From NCBI RefSeq assembly GCF_009914755.1, contig NC_060945.1: DNA of 64,000 nt, one strand, 5' to 3'. Source of the stretch: the human T2T-CHM13v2.0 reference genome, Homo sapiens. Positions 34,139 through 46,196 of the stretch are shown piece by piece; the first letter of the stretch is position 1; each line of letters starts with the position of its first letter. A program made the translations under genes and the position numbers. The notes beneath the pieces are model-generated. The model did no database searches. It saw nothing but the letters and a program-made list of their open reading frames with translations, and was not told where the DNA came from.

Positions 34139-34640
34139 ACTTGGAGAAGCCCCCTCTGGGTGGTGATTTGTGTGCTGCAGTTCACTCCCACAGTTTGACA
34201 CACACACGCACACACACACTCAAAGTCGGCAAAGGCACCAGCAGCAGTACATACATGCTTTCCTAATAGAATGCTGCTTTTAATAAACAGGCAACCTCTT
34301 ACTCTTTTAGTTTTTGTGGACTTCATTGTTTAAAACTGTAAATAAACAAAGAACTCTGGATTCCTCATACATACTATTAAGTGTTAGTGTTTCCTTTACT
34401 GGAAGCCTTCAATGTATCAGAAACTGTGCAGGGTGATAGGGTACACAGAGGCCAAAGCCAAGGCTACTGTCTTGCGGGAACTCTCAAGCCAGGTACTTAG
34501 AGACGGCTGTGTATTGCGGACCTCAGCCACGGAGGGCTGAATTTCACAGAAATCTTGGTATATATTTGTCACATGTGTTGCTTAATTAACATTTCCAAAT
34601 AGTAATTTTAGTCACCTCTAGAATAATCTAATTATATGCA

Positions 34641-35424
34641 CAGTCACGTGTCACTTAATGAAGGGAATACGTTCTGAGAAATGCATCCTTAGGTGATTTT
34701 GCCGTTGTGTGAACATCATAGAGTGCACTCATACAAACCCAGACGGCACAGCCTCCTCCACACCCGGGCCACATGGTACAGCCTGTTGCTCCCGGGATAC
34801 ACACCTGCCCAGCAGGGGACGCTACTGAACACTGCAGGCAGCTGGAACATAATGGTACGTATTTATGTATCTAAACATAATAAACAGAGAAAAGGTACAG
34901 TAAAAACATGGTATAAAAAGTGGAAAATGGTACACTTTTATAGGGCACTTACCACGAATGGAGCTAGCAGGACTGGAAGTTGCTGGGGTGAGTCTCTGAG
35001 TGAATGGCGAGTGGATGTGGAGGCCTGGGATGCTATTGTGCACCCCCTTATAAACACTAGACACTCATGCTACACTAAATTTATAAGAAATACTTTTTCT
35101 TCCTTCAATAATGATTAACCTTTGCTTACTGTAATGTCAAACTTTTTAATTACAAAAATGACTCGTAATTACACTTAGCTTAAAATGCAAACACATTGTA
35201 CAGCTGTACAAAAATATTTTCTTTCTTTATATCTTTATTCTTTCAGCCTTTTTGTATTTAATTTTTTTTTGACTCTGTAAACTAGCTCATCATAAACAAA
35301 GTCACAAACACCTACATTAGCCTAGGCCTACACAGGGTCGGGATCATCAATAGCACTGCCTTCCACCTCCACATCTTGTCCCACTGGAAGGTCTTCAGGG
35401 TGATAACATGCATGGACCTGTCAC
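34641..35424. mobile_element. Tigger3 (Tigger3b-like) DNA transposon, truncated
   Basis: CAGTCACGTGTCACTTAATGAAGGGAATACGTTCTGAGAAATGCATC.TTAGGTGATTTT...ACATTAGCCTAGGCCTACACAGGGTC. Confidence 0.85.
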
Positions 35425-36072
35425 AGTGGATGTGAATATGCACCACTCATACTGTGGGTGAAAATGCTTTCCTAGGGCTATACACTAACCTTTACACTCA
35501 AATGCAGTAAGTTGTGTTAGCTGTATTGTTGAGCCCAGGGCTTGGGGACACGGTTACAAAGCACAGACACTTGTGGGTTTTGATCATATGCATCTGGAAA
35601 AATACAATCACTTATTTGGGTAAACAAGTATTATTTGTGTGTTTTCCTTTTATAAACACTTATCAAATGCCTACTCTTTGCTATTGTGTTGGTTTTGGTG
35701 ATAGAAACCATATGGTCCCATCTTCAAAGAGTTTTCAGTCTAGGAGGGGAGGCAGCTTCACGAACAGTGATTGCCGCAGAATGTGGTCAGTGCATCGTCA
35801 CGCATCCAGGCACAACCACGGCGTGATGCGGGGAGCGAGGAGCCATGAAGTCGGGCAAAAGCATGGAAAGAAAGATCTTCGAAAAGGAGGGGGCCTGCAA
35901 AAGAACTGAAACATGAAGAGCCGTTGAAACAAAACTGACAGGCAATATGGTCAAGTTCCTGATGACCCAAATGATCACTCATTCAGGCAGTTTGGCTCAC
36001 CAAGAACAGACCTGGGGGTGGCCTGGGAGCAGGTATCAGACTGCCACAGGTTAACATAGAGAAGCGAGGTGA

Positions 36073-36385
36073 TGCTGGATGCAGTGGGTCACGCCTGTAA
36101 TTCCAGCATGTTGGGAAGCCAAGGCAGGAGGATCACTTGAGGCCAGGAATTGCAGACCAGCCTGGGCAACACGGTGTGATGTCGTCACTCCAAAAAATAA
36201 ATAAAAGATTAGCTGGATGTGGTGGTACGTGCCTGTGGTCCCACCTACTTGGGAGGCTGAGGTGGGAGGATCATTTCAGCCCAGGAGTCCCAGGCTGCAG
36301 TGAGCCATCATCACGCTACTGCACCCCAGCCTGGGCGGCAAAACAAGACCCCATACCTACAAAAAGAGAAAGAAAAAAGAGAAAA
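36073..36385 (+). mobile_element. AluJ
   Basis: Diverged dimer with GGAGGATCACTTGAGGCCAGGA and GGCTGCAGTGAGCC; TSD-like AGAGAA(AA)GYGAGGT. Confidence 0.9.
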
Positions 36386-37212
36386 GTGAGGTCATGCAGT
36401 GCAGGGGCCTTCCTGCAATCCTAGATCTTGATGACTCCTGGTGCTTCTGTTGTCAGGACACTCATTAAAACTCACCCCATGAGCCTCTTTTTCTACCACC
36501 GTCACCCCCTATGAGCTTCCTTTTATGCTACCATCTGCCACGATAAGCCTGTTTTTTCCACCATCACACCCATGAGCTTCTTGAGCTCAGGGACATGTCT
36601 CATTTGACTTGGCACCTATGTTTGCTATTACGATACTGTGTATTTATAAGGCACCACAATGTATGATTGTTACATCAATAAATGATCAGCAAACCTTGAA
36701 GATTTAATTGGGAAAAAAAATCAGCTTCTGTGGCAAGTCAAGAGCCCACAGGAGGCAGCTACTGTGGTAAGTGCTGTTGAGACTGCAAGGCCTGAGGAGC
36801 TGGAACCATGACAGATTGGAAACAGTACCTCCTCCTACCACAGGCTTTATTCACAAGTATAATTTATTTTTTCTGTGTAGGAGCTTGAGGGATTTCAGAG
36901 CATGATATCGAGTAAATGTATTTTACATGTTATTCCTTCCTTGGCATCATGGTTTGAGCCATTCAAATGTCTTCATAATCAAAAGCATAATAAATTATGA
37001 CTAAAACGGTGTACCTGTGAAAACGTCCTTCGCACTCTCCCCAGTTGGAGGCTGTGCTTTTACGGTCACAGACAGCAGGGCTGTTTGTGAGAGCAGCAGG
37101 GCTCTGCAGCTGGAGCTGAGTCAGAAGACGCCTGGCCTGCACTGCGGAGGTGCGGAGACCACACAGGTCGGTGTGGCTCCATCGCAGCTAGAGGATTCTG
37201 GGACATAATATC

Positions 37213-37552
37213 CGCTCTGGACTGAATGTTTAAGTCCCTCCCAAATTCATGTTAAAACTCTAATCCCCAGGAAGACAGTATTAGGCGGCATGGCCTTTGG
37301 AAGGCGATTAGGCCAGGAAGGGCTTATTGCCCTTATAAAGGAGAGGGCTCCTGTCCCCTTCAGCCACAAGAGGCCACAGTGAGAAGGCACCATCCAGAAG
37401 CCAGGACAGTAGCCCTCACCAGATGCCAAATCTCCCTGCACCTTGACCTTGGACTCCTTCACCTCCACAACTGTGAGAAATAAATCCTTCATTGCTTATA
37501 AGCCACTCTGTCTATTGCATTCTGAGATAGAAATCCAAACAGACACAGACCA
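37213..37552 (+). mobile_element. MLT1A/MST-like MaLR LTR
   Basis: TGGACTGAATGTTT..GTCCCTCCCAAATTCATGTTAAAAC.CTAATCCCCA...CCTTGACCTTGGACT...ACTGTGAGAAATAAAT. Confidence 0.8.
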
Positions 37553-37798
37553 TATTGGTCGTATAAAGTGGAATCCAGCTGGCCCCATTGTCTTGGTCCT
37601 GCAGGGGCAACCACATGCCTGCCTCAGAGGCATCCTCTTCTGAGACAAGGTAGCATAAATTGAGTCGGGAAGTGACCCACTCTTAGCTCCATCCTTTATT
37701 TCCTGGGTGATCTTGGAAAGCTGCATCTCTCTGGCCACTGGTTTCCTCTCCTGTAAAATGGGGATATTGGGAGTTCTTAGGGGATTAAGATATGCGAC

Positions 37799-38399
37799 TG
37801 AAGCGGCTACATTGTCTGGGGTATACACCCTGGGGTTTCTTGTTGCGTGCCAGGAAAGTTTGGGACATGGACACACACGAGGAGCTTAGGAGTGGAGGTT
37901 TAAAAGGCAGAAAAGAAGAGAAAGAGAAAACAGCTCTCTCCAAAGAGAAAGGGGCCTTTGAGGGGACGGGTGGCTGATGCACCCAATTTTATCATCAGGT
38001 TTGAGGAGGCGGGGTCTGATTTCCTTAGGGCTCAGGGATTGGTTCCATCAGGTATGACATTTACATAGTGAGCGGGAAGGCTGGTCGCCCTACCCCAATC
38101 TTATTATGCAAATGGCCTTTCCAGTTGATCAGTGCCATTTTGTCTGCTCCTTACAGTACAAGTGGTTGACAAAGAGAAGGGAAGATGGAGCCCATCTTGA
38201 ACATGTCTAGTCCCTAGTTCCTGCCAGTATTCACCATGCAAGCTCCCAGGTGGCTAGTCTATGTCTGCAGCTCAACTTTACAGGCTGCTCTTTGATAGAA
38301 TATGATGTGGGGCTGCTTTTCATTGAAAACAAAGGCCTTACCAAGGACTCCCCTACCCTTTCTGTCTGCCTAAGTGATTTCTTCTTAACTCCTAGATCA
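37799..38399 (-). mobile_element. LTR9-like (ERV1) solo LTR inserted next to a MIR
   Basis: TGAAGCGGCTACATTGTCTGGGGTATACACCCTGGGG...CTGCCTAAGTGATTTCTTCTTAACTCCTAGATCA; TG..CA ends; imperfect 4-bp TSD CGAC/CTAC. Confidence 0.75.
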
Positions 38400-38559
38400 C
38401 TACGTAGCTAAAACAAATGATACCTGGAAACAGTTGACCAGTCGTTGTCATCTTTGGATGTGCCTACTAGAAATGCACAGCGCTCTGCCCACCATATGAT
38501 CTTTGTAGTTGTTCCCACCGGGCCTGAACCTCTCTCCCCATCGCCAGCCTGCCCTGCTG

Positions 38560-38875
38560 TCTGCATGGCTGACTCTCATTCATTCCCTCTCAAGCACTGC
38601 TTCCCAGAGAGTTTCCCAGCCGCCCTACCAAATGTGCAGTCCCTATCACATTACCCTTTTTATTTTCTCCACCACACTTCCCACCATCTACAATTATCTT
38701 GACTGAGCATTTGCTGGCCTGTCCATTGTCTCTCTACTCGTAGTAGAATAAAAGGTGATTGAAGGCAACAAACAGCCCATCTGTCATCCTCACTGCCATA
38801 TTTCCAAGCCCTAGAAAAGTACCCGAACAAATGAAGCACTCCATAAATGCTTTTTGAATGAGTAAGTAAATGAAC
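38560..38875 (+). mobile_element. L2 3' end
   Basis: TCACTGCCATATTTCCAAGCCCTAGAAAAGTACC...ATAAATGCTTTTTGAATGAGTAAGTAAATGAA. Confidence 0.7.
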
Positions 38876-40519
38876 CCAAATGCATTTTTCTTACTAATCC
38901 TTTGAATTATTTTTACACATTTCCAATTACTTATTTCTCTTTTTCTCTACTTCCAAAGAAACCGCAGTGGATACTGTGCACGACTTAGAAGCTCCAGGCA
39001 AGGATAATAAACATGCCACATCTGTATCTGTGGATGTTCCTTCAGCCTGGGCAGAAAAGATACAGTCAGGAAGATACAGAGAAAGAAACAACAGTCCATA
39101 TGTGTTTAATATTTATCAGTGTAGCAAATTTCTCCAGTAGAAAAAGAAAAGACAAAGTTAGTTTAATTGGATCCAGTTTCTTTAAGTACCTTTATTTTCC
39201 CTTGAAGAAAATAAAGGAGGAGAAGGGACTTAGCCAAATAATGATTTAAATTTATTCTAGTATTTCTGAGGGTGCCAAGTCAGGAGGTTGCTGAGGTTTC
39301 TTTCTCTTTCCTTTGCTGAGGTAAATTTCCAGCTCAGGCATATGGACTGACGTGGAAAAGCAATCAGTTATAAAGAAAAAATACATTTGGGGTCTGTCTC
39401 TGTTGGAAACATAATTGAAAGCATGAGTGTTGTGTGGTTTCTCTCAAACTTCAAAAGTGTGCTCAGGCACATGAAGGGGAGTGCCATCTGTTTGTTGTTA
39501 GGGTCATGTTTTACTTTCCTGCTTACACTTTCAATATAGTCAAAGAGCTCAGCTTTTTATAAAGAAAATTAATTACTACTTAGGTTTACATTAGTGGCAA
39601 ATTTACTCATTTTCCCTTTTCCATTAGAAGAATGTTGTTAGATAATAGATTAGAACAATTTGGCAATTAATCACAGTCACCCACTCTTAGAAATTGCTCA
39701 TTGGCCAAAATAATTAGTACAAACACTACTTAGAAAAGAAATGATCCATCTTTTGTAAACCTAAGAACATGTTGGCAGATTTGCAATGCTTGATAACAAT
39801 AGCTTTTGTGCTGCAATGTACAGGAGGTGCCTTGAAATTTATAGGCTGTTGGCTACCAGCACCCATCATCCACCTCAGCACCTGCAGGAGCCCTGATGGT
39901 CAATAGGAAGGCATAGAGGGAAAAATACTGAGCTTCGGAACTTGAACCTCAGACTCAGGGGCATGTAGAAACTAGTCCAAAGTAACACTATTGCTTAGTG
40001 GCAGAATCGAGCCTGGAATCCAGTTTTCCTGATTCCTGGCTCAGTGACCCCACGGCTGCACGTGAGGGTCCTGTGGAGTTAGTGTCCTCCCGTGCTAAAG
40101 TGACACGGCTTGCGTTAATCCATAGAAACGTTCCATGCTGATCCCACAGACATGTATTGAAGGCAGACTATGTTCTAGGCTGTGTTAGCGAAGCCTCCAT
40201 ATAGTCACAGTATTCATTTCCTAGCTTAATTGTTGTTTGACTATTTTCAAGGTATGTCAGGCCTAACCTACTAATTCCTCATTATCTGCAATCTTATTTA
40301 AATACACTGTGTCAATTGAGTGTTTGTGATATGAGCATCAATTTTGAGATAACAGGGATACAAAAGAAGGAGGATCCCTGCCTCTAAAGAGCTCGCCAAC
40401 TTATTATGTGGAAATAATGGACCGAATGCCACTGATGCAAATGCACCTTCCCTCTAGGACGTGGCTCCTTTTTTCCTTTTTTAGTTGTTCTTTCACCACG
40501 TCAGCTCTTCTTTCCTGGT

Positions 40520-41220
40520 CTGCTTTGAAGTCTTCTTCTCTCCTCTTCCCTCTGCTGGTTCCTTTAGCCCTGGGCTTCCCTGGGGCTCAGTCCGACGTTC
40601 CCTCTTCTATTCTCTCCCAGGGTCATCTCATCCAGTCGTACGGCTTCTATTATCATCCATAGCAGAAATTATGAACCCAGAGTCCATGGATAAACTTTTG
40701 GGCCTGTGAGTTCCTTGAAATTGTATGCAAATTTGGTGTATATGGTCATAGCTTCTGCCAGCTTGGCAGAGGGGACCTAGACTCCACAGCTCTACTGAAG
40801 TGGGTGATGCCCAGGACTGCATGTTCCTGAGTGTCAGGGGCCAGCTCTGACTGGCCCTGGGCACCGTGGCTTGGAGATCTCACAGCTGCATGAAGCTTAA
40901 AGCAATCTTATCTAATTGCAGTTCCCCATCCCCTGCCCGCATCTCTACCTTCCGCTTTTGTGTCCCTGTCATAGTAAGTAGCATCATCACCAGGTTGTCC
41001 AACTAGAAACCAGGGACTTTCCAGACTCTTCTCTCTCCCTCATTCCATACAGCCATCTCATGTGCTATGGGCTCTTTCTCCAAAACCTCTCAAATCTATT
41101 CCCTCCCCTCCATTTCCCCTGCCCGGCCCTCTCAGCTCTCCTCAGCCTTTACTGGACACAGCAGCCTCCTGGCTGGTCTTCCCTCAGTCTCACTCCCATC
41201 TCTTCTCTCTATGGAGGCAA
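40520..41220 (+). mobile_element. L2 fragments (with an embedded old DNA-transposon fragment at ~40665-40790)
   Basis: CCCTGGGGCTCAGTCC...CTCCCAGGGTCATCTCATCCAGTCGTACGGCTTC...CAGCCTCCTGGCTGGTCTTCC. Confidence 0.55.
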
Positions 41221-41231
41221 CTGAGCATGCG

Positions 41232-41242
41232 TTTTCTTTTTC

Positions 41243-41297
<55 letters not shown>

Positions 41298-41585
41298 TTT
41301 TTTTTTGAAACAGAGTCTCGCTCTGTCACCAGGTTGGGATGCAGTGGTCTGATCTCGACTCCCTGCAATCTCTGACTTCCTGGTTCAAGTGATTCTCCTG
41401 CCCCAGCCTCCTGAGTAGCTGGGATTACAGGCACCCACCATCATGCCCAACTAATTTTTGTATTTTTAGTAGAGAAAGGGTTTCACCATATTGGCCAGGA
41501 TGGTCTCAATCTCCTGACCTTGTGATCTGCCCACTTTGGCCTCCCAAAGTGCTGGGATTACAGGAATGAGACACCTCGCCCAGCC
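41232..41585 (-). mobile_element. AluSc-like with a (TTTC)n tail
   Basis: Antisense dimer containing AGGATGGTCTCAATCTCCTGACCTTGTGATC; TSD C.GAG..TGC.TTTTCT. Confidence 0.93.
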
Positions 41586-41619
41586 CCGAGTGTGCATTTT
41601 CTAACATAAAATCTGATCA

Positions 41620-41930
<311 letters not shown>

Positions 41931-42779
41931 ATCTGATCCCATCATTGCCTGGCTCAGAAGCCATTCCAGCGTACTCCAGAGATGAAAACCACAAGGATTG
42001 CATAGCCTTCCGTAAATTGTTTCACACTCTGTCCCCAAGATCGTGACACTCACTGTAACCTATCACTTAGCTTCTCAAACATGCCATACTCCCTCCCATA
42101 TCATGTCCTTGAAATATGCTTCTCTCCTATGCTACCAACCTCCCCTTCCTCGTCCAGCCCTCCCCACAGCACCCCCAGCCCCCACTTCTTTCATTCATCA
42201 GCTAACTGCTCCTCATTCTTCAGTTTCTACTTCTCCCTGAGGGCAGATCTGATTTCCTCAAGGAGGGAAGATGTCCCTGCTCTTGGTTCCTCCATAGCAA
42301 CTCCTCTTTTGTAATATCTGGAATTCACTACCTTGTGGTGATGTGGTTGTGCCTCTTCCTCCAACAAACATCCACCCACTGAGGGCAGGGCTCACATCTA
42401 GATGCTTGCTTTCGTATTCCTAGGATCTAGAATAAGGCTCAGTACTCAGTAGGTGCTGTGCAAATACTTAGTGAGGAGTCAAGAGCCCATGTGCATGGGA
42501 CAGATAGTGAAGCACAGTTAGAGATTTGAAAGGAAGTCACACCGTTGGTTACAGCTGTCATCCAGCAAGTAGGGCTTAAGCTTGTTCAGAAAAACAGATA
42601 GGGTGTGGCTTAGGCAGGATAAGAAAGCATAAAAAACAAAAGATGGAAAAACATTTTGGGAAAAGTGAGCTAATTAAAGATATGATCAGTGAGTAGAGGA
42701 GCCGCAAGTTTTAAGCAAAGCAGACCATTTCCTACACATAAAATTAACAGTAGAAAAATTAAAAAATAATTTATTGCTC

Positions 42780-42935
42780 ACATTTTTGGCTTTGAAGGCC
42801 ATATAGTTAAGTTGTTGCAACTACTTCACTCTGCTTTTGTGTTGTGAAAGCAGCCACAGACAAACACATAATCGAATAGATGTGGCTGGGCTCTAAGAAA
42901 ACTTTACTTCTAAAAACAGACATGGAGTCTGCCGT
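42780..42935. mobile_element. MER58-like hAT-Charlie fragment
   Basis: GGCTTTGAAGGCCATA...TTGCAACTACT.CACTCTGC..TTGT...GTGAAAGCAGCCACAGACAA...AAAACTTTA. Confidence 0.7.
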
Positions 42936-43033
42936 TTCTTTAGAAATTCTTTAATTCCTTGCTTTTACAGGCTAGGCATTAATAAGGTAGAGATGGCAGT
43001 TGTCTGGAAACTTTTTCTAAAAGCATTTATGAG

Positions 43034-43112
43034 TTATAATTTAATGGCAATGTTATCTCTATTAGTTGATCTATTATAATTTAATGGCAATGCTATCTCT
43101 ATTAGTTGATCT
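43034..43112. repeat. 40-bp tandem duplication
   Basis: TTATAATTTAATGGCAATGYTATCTCTATTAGTTGATCT twice. Confidence 0.9.
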
Positions 43113-44759
43113 GTGCTCTATCGGTTTGTCTATCTACTGAATACATACTCCATTTATTTCTAAAACTTGATTTGAGATGCTGTTATATAATGATTACAAA
43201 TTGTACTATTGATATTTACAAATAATCATTAATTTACTCTGAATAGTCTTAAAAACTAGAAAATATCAATCTAAATGACAAATTTTCATCATTTTGGTCA
43301 TTAAAATATACAGTAAGAGATTCCTTGATGAAACCCACCATAGACAAGGGAGAGGACAAGGACAGGCTTTGCTCTCGGCTAACCAAATGGGAACATGGAA
43401 TTTTGCCCACTGATGGTAAGACAGAGCCAGCAGAAGAGGCCAAAGGAGATGAGGTCCACAGTGCAAAAACATGGGCTTGAGAATGACATCAGCGACTGGC
43501 TCCAGACTTCAAATACAGGCAGGGGAAGAAAAAAACAGGCTTTTGGCTAACAGTTCAGCATCTATCCCAGCAAGAACACACACACAAAAAAAATTCTTCT
43601 AAAAGAGTAATACAAAATAGATAGGATCAGAGAAGACAGAGGGTGGAATGAGTTCGAACATGAGGAATTCACCAGTGGCCTGCTGAGGACCATGTGGATT
43701 TTAATGCCACTTCAGGACAATAAAAATGAAATGTCCCACCATCTTAAAGGTTTGGGACTTCTAATAGAATAAGCATTTGATTAATGAAAAAACATGTACT
43801 ATAAGGAACAAGGGATCATAAAAGGCTGGTTTTTAACAGCCTAAGTACTTTTTGCATCTTGAAGTCTTTTATCACCTTGTAAATCACCCCTGGAGAGAAA
43901 TAACCGCAGTGACAAGGCAGACTTCCATTACCAGCCTGTCCACCTTGGCTCTAGATTCTCAAGTATATTGTCCTGGCTAGCACCCTGTGGTGTCGTGCCT
44001 TTATTATGGGGAAAGAAGGGCTGGGGCATTGTAGTGGACCTAGTTTTAGTAAATGTCTCTGGACAAATACGCCCCCTCCAAAGGCATTTTCCTTTCCTTC
44101 ACTGTCTCTGTTCTGTTCTGCAGTCCAGCATGCCTCTGTGGGTGGAATTTAACAGCCAGGGTGTCAGCCTGCTAGGGCTCCGCATCTTGTGACTTACAAT
44201 AACAAACGATCTGTTCTCCCAGGTTGCTGTGCGGGCTGCCTGTGGTTGAGTTAGGACTCTTCCATGTGCCTTTCATATCCAGACCCAGATTGGAGAGCAG
44301 GCCCAGGGGCATGTTCCTCTCATGGCATGGAAGGCAAGCTGCACCTGATGAGCTCTTTGGGAGCCACTGGTTGGACACGGTGTACTGGAAGTCTGCTCAT
44401 GTGTCATTGCCCAAAGCAAGTCAGAAGGCTAAGCTCAGAGTCAGTGAGGGAGGAGGTGCGTTCACCCATAGGTAATCTGAGTCAGGATGAGGAAGGCAGG
44501 ATGAATTGGAGTCAGCCATTCCATTGACCACACCGAACATTATGCTTGTAACTACAGAGCCTGAATACCTCATTGACAATCTCTCAGGTCAAAGTGAGCT
44601 GTTCTACTCCTGGAAGACATGTACTCACATGTGGTAAGTTTTACTAAAATGTCAGGAAAGAACCCCAACTTTAAAAATTTGAATCATTTAGATTTATAGC
44701 CTTCACCTCAAGCAAATTCTTGGTGAAATAGCTCTTGACTCTTGAGGTATAGTAAAGGA

Positions 44760-44945
44760 ACTGTGCTCAGAAGCTTCTGCACATGGTCTCATGTAGTTCC
44801 CACAACAGCTGTGAAAGGTGGTCGTTACCCCATTTTCCATATGAAGGAACTAAAGTTTAGAGACCACGTTGTATAAAGGCCATCAAGCTAGGGAGTTGGA
44901 ACTGGGATTTGAACCCAGGTCTGCCTGACTCTAAATGACTATGCT
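44760..44945 (-). mobile_element. MIR
   Basis: CCCCATTTTCCATATGAAGGAACTAAAGTTTAGAGA...CTGGGATTTGAACCCAGGTCTGCCTGACTC. Confidence 0.75.
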
Positions 44946-45888
44946 GTGTTAGAGGAATGTCTCAGGGCTTAGCATTAGTGAGAAACTGAAACCCAACATC
45001 GGCTTGTACATTTCAATCCCATGTTCACATCCTTTCATCACCAGTGCCACTTCAGAGACTGATCTTAGGGGAAATCTCTTTGATATTTACAAAAGCGTAT
45101 TCATGTAAGGGTGCTCATGGTGGTGCTATTTGTAATGGAGAAAAATTTGAAATTATATAAAAGATTAAACCTAAGGATGCAATAAGTAATTTGATATATC
45201 TGTTAGGCAACTTTAGACTTGTTATTTATACAAATATTTGATGTCATTGGAAGTGTTCACAGTACAAAGGAGAGACTCTAAAGCAGTGTGCACAGTATGA
45301 CCTCACACTGGTAGAAAGAATACTCCAATATTAATAGAGAACAATTCTGTATAATATGCTTTTAGGTAACCCACTCCCATGCATACCAAAAGTTTATCAA
45401 GTTACATATATATGTAAAATATTGTACAGAAATAATATATATTTGTTAATATATACGTGTGTAATGTATTTATGTAAATATATATATATTTATTTATTTA
45501 TTTATAAGTACAGGCTAAGACTTTGCCCTCTCACCAACCCACACACCCCCAAAACCAGCCTTTCAGCCAAACTCAAGCTGATAAAAATTTCATTGATCTG
45601 AGCCCTTGCGGCAAACTAACCTTTAGCAAAAATGCCTTCTCTAGGCTCCAATTTGAGATCCAGGGAAAACAGGTTTGGAAGAGTTAACGATCTTGGGGAA
45701 ATTACCATTGCTGTAGAATGAAGATTATTACTTGTTCTTTCTTCATAGGCTAGACACACTATTTTTTAAAGCTAGTTGTTTATACTGTTTATAAAGAAAT
45801 AAATATTCCTCATAGGAAATTTAGAAAACAAAAGTTTTTAATGATAAAAAGAATATATGATCTCATCCCATCTCTTAGACAATAACAC

Positions 45889-46196
<308 letters not shown>

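Noticed and set aside
34693-35118. 141-aa ORF in Tigger3 as a possible transposase
   Set aside because: No DDE or CENP-B-like motifs; the element is a truncated non-autonomous copy.
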